Below are positions 38,567-46,198 of a stretch of 64,000 bases of DNA, piece by piece (positions within the stretch are counted from its first letter, which is position 1; each line of letters begins with the position of its first letter). Below the pieces are notes generated by a model. The model saw nothing but the letters and a program-made list of their open reading frames with translations. It did not search any database and had not been told where the DNA came from. The translations under genes and the position numbers were made by a program. Source of the DNA: Candidatus Thorarchaeota archaeon (lineage in GTDB: Archaea; Asgardarchaeota; Thorarchaeia; Thorarchaeales; Thorarchaeaceae); NCBI GenBank assembly GCA_048882485.1, contig JBHLRP010000006.1, positions 32,001-96,000 on the forward strand, given 5' to 3'.

Positions 38567-39664
38567 TCAAGTTCTCCTCATTCTCAATAGAAACAAGCCA
38601 AGTATTGCTGCCCCCACAATCAATACTATGAGTATAGGATATAAAAGAGGTATGATTCCTGGATATGTCCTCGGAAATCTGTCTTCGTGTCCTGATGAAC
38701 CATCAATCAAGTATGTGCCAAATCCGAAATAATCATCCCAATAGTTGCCTAATTGATTTGAGTCATCCCAAGTGTTATTTGTTCCTCGATCGCGTGCATT
38801 GGACACTCCGTTTCGTAGAAAGTAATTCTCATAAAGCACATTTCCAGATCCTTCCAAATCAATCCCATACCCTGAGTTGTCAGAAAGGATGTTTCCAATG
38901 AATTTACAGTTCATCGCAAAAGCAGTTATGCCATAGGCACCAGAATCAGCAATATTGTTTTGTAGCACCTCAATCTGTGATATTTCATCCAGGTGCATTC
39001 CATGACTATTGCTTGAGTGAATTGAGTTTGAAATGATTCTTAAATTGGATGCATTACTGAGATGCATACCAGTCGATTGAGAGTCTGTAATTTGATTGTC
39101 TACAATACTTGTGTTCGTTGCGTCTATCATATCAATTCCTGAGTTCAACATCACATTACTAGAAAACGCACAATTATCAACACGGATTGCGTAGATGCCT
39201 TGACTTTGTTGTGACCGTACATCGTTACCAGTCATGTTAGTATTCTCGCACTCGACCAAAAGGACACACGCTGCATTCCCATCAATATCACAGTCCTCGA
39301 TGATACCGTTTTCGACATTTATGAGTTCGATAGCATTGTAGCCAAGTGCTGTGCTTTCAAACCAATAGGACTCCAGCTGACAGTTTCTAATGGTGAAATA
39401 TACAGTAGTATTGCTAATTGAGATACAAGAGGTGTTTGTAAAAATCCGTATATTCTCAATGATGAAGGGATGCGCGACAGAGCCATCCCCAGGCCACCCT
39501 TGTTCAGTGAAATTTGAGTCATCCGAAATGACTATTGGCGGATGATCTGTAGTAGCAATAGCGGCGTCAAGAGTTAATCGATTAATGGTGGTATATGCAA
39601 GAAAGGGTATTGAAACAATTACTAGTAGAATTGCAACTGATGTTACACGCCACACCGAATTCAC
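38567..39664 (-). CDS. Cassette 3: NosD/CASH right-handed beta-helix surface protein
   Basis: Signal/TM N-terminus, GWPGDGS...PFIIEN, repeated N.I..N..YGI coils, GNYWDDY, DRFP, C-terminal TM; AT-rich DNA. Confidence 0.88.
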   Translation of the reverse strand: MNSVWRVTSVAILLVIVSIPFLAYTTINRLTLDAAIATTDHPPIVISDDSNFTEQGWPGDGSVAHPFIIENIRIFTNTSCISISNTTVYFTIRNCQLESYWFESTALGYNAIELINVENGIIEDCDIDGNAACVLLVECENTNMTGNDVRSQQSQGIYAIRVDNCAFSSNVMLNSGIDMIDATNTSIVDNQITDSQSTGMHLSNASNLRIISNSIHSSNSHGMHLDEISQIEVLQNNIADSGAYGITAFAMNCKFIGNILSDNSGYGIDLEGSGNVLYENYFLRNGVSNARDRGTNNTWDDSNQLGNYWDDYFGFGTYLIDGSSGHEDRFPRTYPGIIPLLYPILIVLIVGAAILGLFLLRMRRT

Positions 39665-39833
39665 TATGACAATATATACTAATTCTGTTATTGAAGTTTA
39701 TCCCAGAAGATGCTCTAGATTTGTGAAGATCCCAATTCTTAATTGATTCCTTAAATTCTCAACAAAAGGCATCCTTGAATCGAATACGTAATAGTATCAC
39801 TATGGAGACAGGAATGATGATTTTGTTCAAATT

Positions 39834-39922
39834 CGCCTTTAAGCAAAGACTAGTTCGCAGGTTCCTGCTTATTAGGCTTTCGAGATGGCATTACTCTGCG
39901 TATTCGTGTACGCTAGAAGGCA
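39834..39922 (+). repeat. Cassette site 4 (B + A + B')
   Basis: CGCCTTTAAG-CAAAGA-CTAGTTCGCA ggttcc TGCTTATTAG-GCTTT-CGAGATGGCA ttactc TGCGTATTCG-TGTACG-CTAGAAGGCA. Confidence 0.93.
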
Positions 39923-39994
39923 AAGTCCAAAAAGTGACATAGGTTGATTCACTCTGTTCTGAGAGAGAAGAAGGAGGAAAAGGCATGACGGAAA

Positions 39995-40234
39995 GTGAAT
40001 AAGATGCATGAGGACAGAAGGAAGTGGTTAGCTGTAATTGTACTGGTTATTCCATTAATACTGATATTTCTCATATTTGCACCGTCATACTATGAAACTT
40101 TGACGATTGAAGGAAAACGTGTTTTTATGTTGGTGTTTCAGATTGTATTCCTATACACTTTAGGCGGTCTTGTGTTGCGTTGGCTTGAAGGTAGACATAA
40201 AGTAAAGGATGACTCAAACACGCCTTTGACTTAA
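39995..40234 (+). CDS. Cassette 4: small two-TM membrane protein
   Basis: 79 aa with two hydrophobic helices; its stop codon lies inside unit B of site 5. Confidence 0.7.
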   Translation: MNKMHEDRRKWLAVIVLVIPLILIFLIFAPSYYETLTIEGKRVFMLVFQIVFLYTLGGLVLRWLEGRHKVKDDSNTPLT

Positions 40235-40277
40235 CGCTAAGAGGAATTCTCGCGTGGATTAGGCTTTCGAGATGGCA
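40221..40277 (+). repeat. Cassette site 5 (B + A)
   Basis: CGCCTTTGAC-TTAACG-CTAAGAGGAA ttctcg CGTGGATTAG-GCTTT-CGAGATGGCA; lies between two convergent stop codons. Confidence 0.9.
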
Positions 40278-40289
40278 AAACAATATCAT

Positions 40290-41087
40290 TCACTTGATAT
40301 CCAGTCCGAAAACAGACTCGACTAATTCAGCAAATCGTGCGACAAAGCGAGCTGCAGGACCGCCATCAACCACATCATGGTTCATGAAGATACTGACACA
40401 GAGGTATTCTCTAGCCAAAATGCTATCATCAATGACAGCTGGCTTCATTGCGATACCTCCTAGCGCAAAAAGCACAGGAGAGATGCTAATGGGGATGGCC
40501 CATCCACTTTTTCCCTTGCCATACATTCCAACTGCTGTAACTGTGACTGTACCAAGGTGCTTCTTGACAAAAAAGGGGTCAGTTCTAAACTTTCGCCAAA
40601 ACAGGAAGTCACGCAGAAACTTTGGCAGTGCGAAAAGTCTTCGCATCATTTTTCGATTGATTGTATCAGAAATGTCACCATCTGTACGATATCGAACTGC
40701 CCATATTTCATCCTGGATCTCATGCACAGTTTTTTCATTGGCTTTTCTTACAATGTATGTCTGAGCTCCTATCTCTTCATCCACCTGTCTTTCAACCATG
40801 ACTGAAACATCTACATCTTTGAAAATGATCAATCGCTTCCCTTTTTTTATTGCATGAACATTTCTATGTTCGCTGACAGCTTGTGCGATGCACTTTGTTA
40901 TCCAAGCTGTAAAGGAGAGCTCTCTTCCTGAGCTGTCTTCGTACTCTTTAATTAGTTGACGGCCTTTTGTGACATCCACCTCTATTAGACCTGAAATATA
41001 GTGGGAACGAAGTCCTTGTTCCATTAATTCCACAACAATCTCACGCTCAAAGGGCTTTTCCTCATATTCTTCTATCAGGTCCATCAC
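40290..41087 (-). CDS. Cassette 5: stand-alone 2-oxoacid dehydrogenase acyltransferase catalytic-domain protein
   Basis: EVDVT, SFTAWITKCIAQA, GTVTVTAVG, MNHDVVDGGPAARF; no lipoyl domain. Confidence 0.88.
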   Translation of the reverse strand: MMDLIEEYEEKPFEREIVVELMEQGLRSHYISGLIEVDVTKGRQLIKEYEDSSGRELSFTAWITKCIAQAVSEHRNVHAIKKGKRLIIFKDVDVSVMVERQVDEEIGAQTYIVRKANEKTVHEIQDEIWAVRYRTDGDISDTINRKMMRRLFALPKFLRDFLFWRKFRTDPFFVKKHLGTVTVTAVGMYGKGKSGWAIPISISPVLFALGGIAMKPAVIDDSILAREYLCVSIFMNHDVVDGGPAARFVARFAELVESVFGLDIK

Positions 41088-41165
41088 AATCCTAGCAATG
41101 AGGATTGTAGCTTCAACGTATTACTGTTTTGTCCAACCAAAAAGCTCGAGAGGTTTGTTTAGACG

Positions 41166-41221
41166 TGAGATTAAGTATAAAGCTGGGACAATCAATCGCC
41201 GCCTAGGCTTTTGAGCTAGAT
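41166..41221 (+). repeat. Cassette site 6 (degenerate)
   Basis: TGAGATTAAG-TATAAA... then CGCCGCCTAG-GCTTT-TGAGCTAGAT at about the expected spacing. Confidence 0.6.
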
Positions 41222-41355
41222 AATGAAAAGGCAGGAGCATCTGAAACATTACTGTATCAGATAGAGTCATAGCGGCAGTTTTGCATAGTTGCCTGCGCTG
41301 AGAGGAATAATAATAGGACGCATTACATCTACTGTGAGAAGGAGGGGTCCACACA

Positions 41356-42180
41356 ATGAAGTGTCGAATAGGAAATTCCGAAGTTCACTATGAAATGTAT
41401 GGAGAAGGCAGACCAATCATCAGCTTACATGGTTTCACTCTAGACCACCGTTCGATGGTCGGCAGCATGGAACCTATCTTCGAGAGTAGAAATGGTTGGA
41501 AACGGATATACCTAGACTTGCCAGGACACGGTCAAACTCCAGGTCAGGAATGGATTAAGAACTCAGATAACATGCTGCAGGTTGTAATAGACTTCATTGA
41601 CAATGTGATTCCTGACACGAGCTTCGCAATTGCAGGCTTGTCTTATGGTGGTTATCTAGCGCGAGGTTTAGTTCATAATAGACCAAAGCAAGTACTTGGA
41701 CTACTACTAATCGTTCCTAGGATTATTGGCCGCTCAGAAGATAGAATACGTCCTGAAAAGGCTGTGCTGGTGAGAGATGAAGAGTTTCTTTGCAGCCTTG
41801 AAGAAGAGGAACGCGAGAATTTTGTAGAGGTAGCAGTAATCCAAACTGAAGACATTTGGCCTCGCTATGCAGAGGAGATTGTACCTGCTGTTCAGATATC
41901 AGACACACAATTTCTAGGACGCTTGCAACCTGGTGATGATGATTTCAGCTTCGAAGTCGATTCTCTCTCTGTCATTTTCAGTGGTCCGACCCTCATTCTG
42001 GTAGGCCGACAAGATCATTGGGTGGGATATGAAGACGCTTGGAGAATCTTGGAAAAATATCCTCGCGCAACATTCGCGGTCTTGGATAGAGCAGGTCATG
42101 CTTTGCAGCTTGAGCAGACTGAGTTGTTCAATATGCTTGTATCTGAGTGGCTTGATAGAGTAGAAGAAGCTGAGAAGTAA
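41356..42180 (+). CDS. Cassette 6: alpha/beta hydrolase
   Basis: LHGF, YLDLPGHG, GLSYGG nucleophile elbow, GRQD, AGH. Confidence 0.92.
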   Translation: MKCRIGNSEVHYEMYGEGRPIISLHGFTLDHRSMVGSMEPIFESRNGWKRIYLDLPGHGQTPGQEWIKNSDNMLQVVIDFIDNVIPDTSFAIAGLSYGGYLARGLVHNRPKQVLGLLLIVPRIIGRSEDRIRPEKAVLVRDEEFLCSLEEEERENFVEVAVIQTEDIWPRYAEEIVPAVQISDTQFLGRLQPGDDDFSFEVDSLSVIFSGPTLILVGRQDHWVGYEDAWRILEKYPRATFAVLDRAGHALQLEQTELFNMLVSEWLDRVEEAEK

Positions 42181-42274
42181 ATGAGGCCTCCGTGGCAGAC
42201 ACTCCTCACTCCTCTATGCTGCTATTGCGCCACACATTCCACTGTTGCTATGACGATTACATGCACTAGGATCT

Positions 42275-42299
42275 TGACCTATCACTTTTCGAGATAGCA
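42275..42299 (+). repeat. Cassette site 7 (degenerate core)
   Basis: TGACCTATCA-CTTTT-CGAGATAGCA in the gap between two convergent genes. Confidence 0.5.
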
Positions 42300-42380
42300 G
42301 TAGCTTGACGTCTATGCAGGCTTGTAAAGCGGATATCATGAGCATATGGGAGGTTTGTTGATTGTGATGTCTTCCTCTTA

Positions 42381-42611
42381 TCACTCCCGTTTCCTCGTCA
42401 ACACTGCTGCCATCGCCACCATTGTTAATGGAATGACTATACTCAGAGGCAGTATGATGAACAACAGGGGCATTTGGATGTCGATTCCCTGGGGAATCAT
42501 TTCCAGTAGCACATACACGATGGTGATAGCAAGCAGAGCTGTCATCACAATCAGGATCCCACCCCAAAGATATGCCCACCATGGCGCTCTGCCCAACGAG
42601 CCTTTCCCCAT
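42381..42611 (-). CDS. Cassette 7: small two-TM membrane protein
   Basis: ATG at 42611; GILIV..TIVYVLLE.IPQG...MPLLFIILPL similar to ORF 38042-38242. Confidence 0.7.
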   Translation of the reverse strand: MGKGSLGRAPWWAYLWGGILIVMTALLAITIVYVLLEMIPQGIDIQMPLLFIILPLSIVIPLTMVAMAAVLTRKRE

Positions 42612-42858
42612 GTATTCCTGATGAGTTCCTACCTTACTTGGTTGACGCAAGGAATTCAACTTATTCACTCTGATACTCGCTCTTTGCACACATATGCTTT
42701 TGCTCAAACCATTGTTCACTCCAAGATGCCATCATTTTGAAGCCATCTGAATGTGCGCCTATGCCTGAACTATGATGCAGAAGTTTGTCCATTGAAATCC
42801 GGTTGGATGCTATCTCCACTCGGTTTAGGCTAGTGTATACGGAGAAACGGTTCTGAAA

Positions 42859-43551
42859 TCAAAGAATGATGGTTCTCCGACTATCCAGCCAGAATGCAAC
42901 CAAAGCAAACAATGCGTATAGGATTTCTGACACCAAGGCGACAGTCAACATGTCTGGAAAGGTTTGGAAAGGAGTGATGATTATGAAGATGACAAGCGCA
43001 AACAGGAATGCAGATATGCCATATTTGCCCAATAGTCCGGTTCCTGAAGTGGTTGAATAGAAGTATATCAAGCCACCACCCAAGAGAATGATGGTCTCCA
43101 GTAGTATCGTTGCCGGAATGCTATTCCATAGGCCCAGTCCTATTTTCATGTCTATTCCAGGAATCAATAGCAAATCCGGTGTATGAACAAGAAAATCCAA
43201 GAGGTAATGAGATAGAACACCAACACCAAAGAGAAGAGCTGTTCTGTTTTTATAGGCGGCAGTTGCTGTTGAACTCCTCAAAGCAATGTACCTAACGAAA
43301 AGGAACACAGCCGCAGTCCAAGCAAGTGATCCAACTAGACTATGGGTAATTGGGAGATCATAGAGGTCAAAGGAATTAGCAGCTGTAAAACCTGGAGCAA
43401 TCCGAGCGTTCTCGATTCCCAAGGGAAGGAAGATGAAGAAAGCAATATCCACCAGCTGCACAGCGATAAAAAGGAAGCCAAGTGATATTCCCGGGGCATA
43501 TTTCTTTAGACCTAGAGCTATTCCATAATGTCCTATAAACACAAGAGTCAA
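42859..43551 (-). CDS. Membrane-bound metal-dependent hydrolase (YdjM/LexA-inducible-like)
   Basis: FIGH, QLVD, ITHSL, LSHYLLDFLVH motifs, multiple TM helices. Confidence 0.82.
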   Translation of the reverse strand: MTLVFIGHYGIALGLKKYAPGISLGFLFIAVQLVDIAFFIFLPLGIENARIAPGFTAANSFDLYDLPITHSLVGSLAWTAAVFLFVRYIALRSSTATAAYKNRTALLFGVGVLSHYLLDFLVHTPDLLLIPGIDMKIGLGLWNSIPATILLETIILLGGGLIYFYSTTSGTGLLGKYGISAFLFALVIFIIITPFQTFPDMLTVALVSEILYALFALVAFWLDSRRTIIL

Positions 43552-43594
43552 GCCTCAGACCTGAATAAAAGTATTGACATTTCAAATTGGCTCT

Positions 43595-44410
43595 TCAGAA
43601 ATCCTCAAGCGAAGTCTGTTTGATTGAGATGAAATTCTCCATCAGTTTCAGCTTCTGGAGCTGGCGTGGTGTGATACGTTCCATTAATTGTAGCATCTGT
43701 AGTGCATTGAATGGTGAATTTCCACTGAAATGATTGTTCCAGTACCCTAGAACCAACTCCGTCCGATTCATGATATCTTCTAGACGAGGCTTCCAAGCCA
43801 TTAGCTCTTCTTCGGAGTAGAGGTAGTTGTACCACGGATTCACTCCATGGCCATGCCAGCGCACATACGCGAAATCAGTTGTGACACGCAAATCAATTGG
43901 GAGTTTGGGCTCATCAACAATAACGTAGGCCACCCCATAGTCCTCAAGCAACCTTGATGTCTTCTGAGACAGCCAGCTCTCATCCCTGAACTCAATGGCA
44001 TATCGAAAAGATGAGTCGAGCTGCGAGAGGAAGGCTTCAAGGTCTGCCATCTTCGATATATCCCAAGGAGGAAGTTGAATGAGCAAAGCCGCAATCTTGT
44101 TCTGAATCGGACTCATAAGTGAAAAGAACGATTTCAGTACTTCACCCCCTTCTCCTAATAGATTCATCCGACTGTCATGTGTCACTTTCTTGGGGAGCTT
44201 GGCTGTGAAGAATTTGCCCTCTTTGAGTGAAGCCAGATGCTTTATGAAATTAGGTTGCGGGAGAGAATAAAAGGTTGAGTTAATTTCCGCAGTTTCAAAG
44301 ATTGCAAGATACTGTTGAAGGAGTGATTTTCCTGAGTAATAGAACACATCCTTCCAATCACTCTCATATGACCAACCACTTGTGCCAATATGGAGTCCTT
44401 TTCTTGACAT
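43595..44410 (-). CDS. DUF72 family protein
   Basis: IGTSGWSY, EINSTFY, KLPKKVTH, LIQLPP, AIEFRDESW, YVRWHG, YLYS, WNN. Confidence 0.93.
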   Translation of the reverse strand: MSRKGLHIGTSGWSYESDWKDVFYYSGKSLLQQYLAIFETAEINSTFYSLPQPNFIKHLASLKEGKFFTAKLPKKVTHDSRMNLLGEGGEVLKSFFSLMSPIQNKIAALLIQLPPWDISKMADLEAFLSQLDSSFRYAIEFRDESWLSQKTSRLLEDYGVAYVIVDEPKLPIDLRVTTDFAYVRWHGHGVNPWYNYLYSEEELMAWKPRLEDIMNRTELVLGYWNNHFSGNSPFNALQMLQLMERITPRQLQKLKLMENFISIKQTSLEDF

Positions 44411-44509
44411 TGTCACAATATGTTGATGGAATCAAATGGGTTTCTATCTTCCGGCATTGAAGAAGAGATTCATAAGAAACAAGAACTGCGATGCAAGTGT
44501 GAATGACCA

Positions 44510-44821
44510 ATGAAAGTAGAGAAGATCAAAGCCGAGTTCAATAATCTCGTGATACATATGGGCAGCTTTCGTGACAAGGGCTTCAAGATGAAGTGTGATG
44601 TTTCCTACGAAGACCTTCTTTTGGTCATGGATGGAGGGAAAAAGATAGCTCGGCTTCACGCTCGCAACATTAACAATGTCCATCTGGAGAAGAAAGCCAT
44701 TCGCATAGCTGCATTGAATTTTGAGATTTCAGAGGGCGAGGAAGTGAGCGTCGCCAGTGGTTCAATACGATTGGAGCTCGGTAACGAATCCGAGGTGTGG
44801 TATAAGGAACTCTGGGGCTGA
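44510..44821 (+). CDS. Hypothetical protein, possible PH-like fold
   Basis: 103 aa of short beta strands ending in helix ESEVWYKEL. Confidence 0.6.
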   Translation: MKVEKIKAEFNNLVIHMGSFRDKGFKMKCDVSYEDLLLVMDGGKKIARLHARNINNVHLEKKAIRIAALNFEISEGEEVSVASGSIRLELGNESEVWYKELWG

Positions 44822-44890
44822 ACACTCCAGCTGGAACATCTTAAATATGGGGCAATATGAGCCGAATCTCGTCGAATGGTGGTGATTCGG

Positions 44891-46198
44891 ATGTCTGAAC
44901 AGATAGAATATGTTGAGCTTCGATTTGTGGACATCTTGGGCCGAATGAAAGCCATGATTGTACCCTGTAATCCAGCAGACACTCTTGATGAACTAAGAAA
45001 GGACCCTATTCTATCAGAGGGAACGAGTCTGGATGGAAGCTCAGTGACTGGACTCTCAATGGTTGAGGCTTCAGACCTTCGCCTTATGCCTGACCCAGGC
45101 TCTTTGATTGAACTCCCATATTCACTTCAGAGAACTGCTGCTGTAATGTGTTCTGTAAACGAGAAAGGTGGCAAAGAGGGCAGAGAATCGCTCTATCCAT
45201 TGGACAGCAGAGGGACTCTTTACACAGTCTGCAAGAAACTGTTACCTGGAAATCTTTCTCTGAGGGTCAAGATTGAACCCGAATTCCACTTCATCAAGCG
45301 AAACGGAGACCTATTCGATGCGGCTGGATATGCTGATACCTATCCACAGAATCCAGGTACAGATATCCTTCTTGAAATTGCCTCCGCAATTCGAGGCATG
45401 GGCATGAAACCTCGAGTGATTCACCATGAAGTGGGAGAGGCGCAACAGGAGATCGAGATTTCACATGCTGATGTTCGGCAGATGGCCGATTTCATATTGA
45501 CCTTCAAGAATCTCGCTCGGACGGTTGCAGCAAGTCGAGACATTGACATTTCTTTCATGCCAAAACCGTTCGAAGGAGCGGCGGGTAACGGGCTTCATTG
45601 TCATCTTCAACTATGGGATGGTGACAACAATCTTTTCGGCATGGAAACTGATGATTTTCTTTCAGATACTGGAAAGAGCTTCATTGCAGGTCTTCTTAAG
45701 CATGCTCCGGCCCTAACAGCAATAGCGAATCCAACAATCAACTCCTACAAAAGGCTAGTACCGCATCATGAGGCTCCGGTATACATTTCGTGGGGCTTTA
45801 GAAACAGAACGGTTCTTGTTCGAGTGCCTCTCTTTAAAACAAAGGATGAAGCAGCAGTAGAACTGCGATCTCCGGACGCCACGACTAATCCATATCTCTT
45901 ATTCTCAGCAATTGTGGCCGCTGGAATGGATGGTGTGAATCAAGAGATGAAACCGCCCGACCCTAGGAGTGAGGACATCTTTCATCTCTCTGATACAGAG
46001 AGGGAGTCATTCGGAATCAAGATGCTCCCGTCTTCTCTTAGGGAGGCTCTAGATCATCTTGAGAAAGATGAAGTTGTACGAGATGCCATTGGATCCAAGT
46101 TGATTGACGCCTTCATCCGGGTGAAACGTGATGAATGGAGAGAGTATGTCAATTATGCCATCACTGGTTGGGAATGGTCGAAGTATCATTCATTCTAG
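44891..46198 (+). CDS. glnA: Glutamine synthetase family protein
   Basis: FVDILG, DGSS, EPEF, HHEVG..Q.EI, FMPKP....GNGLHCH, NSYKRL.P..EAP, NRT..VRVP, ELRSPD..NPYL. Confidence 0.9.
   Translation: MSEQIEYVELRFVDILGRMKAMIVPCNPADTLDELRKDPILSEGTSLDGSSVTGLSMVEASDLRLMPDPGSLIELPYSLQRTAAVMCSVNEKGGKEGRESLYPLDSRGTLYTVCKKLLPGNLSLRVKIEPEFHFIKRNGDLFDAAGYADTYPQNPGTDILLEIASAIRGMGMKPRVIHHEVGEAQQEIEISHADVRQMADFILTFKNLARTVAASRDIDISFMPKPFEGAAGNGLHCHLQLWDGDNNLFGMETDDFLSDTGKSFIAGLLKHAPALTAIANPTINSYKRLVPHHEAPVYISWGFRNRTVLVRVPLFKTKDEAAVELRSPDATTNPYLLFSAIVAAGMDGVNQEMKPPDPRSEDIFHLSDTERESFGIKMLPSSLREALDHLEKDEVVRDAIGSKLIDAFIRVKRDEWREYVNYAITGWEWSKYHSF

Larger units (their letters stand above)
36760..43560. mobile_element. 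Putative recombinase-site-delimited gene cassette array (right boundary uncertain)
   Basis: Five intact and two degenerate same-orientation composite sites, each interval holding one unrelated gene; relaxed gene density compared with flanks. Confidence 0.7.

Noticed and set aside
36760-42299. CRISPR array interpretation of the repeated ATTAGGCTTTCGAGATGGCA
   Set aside because: Intervals are 0.4-1.5 kb and contain whole genes; no 30-45 nt spacers and no cas genes in the window
36760-42299. Classical integron attC array
   Set aside because: No GTTRRRY/RYYYAAC core pair or long imperfect hairpin, genes occur in both orientations, and no intI is present
42726-42745. Possible inverted eighth site (TGCCATCATTTTGAAGCC)
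   Set aside because: Needs an insertion and several mismatches and has no flanking B unit; not distinguishable from chance by eye
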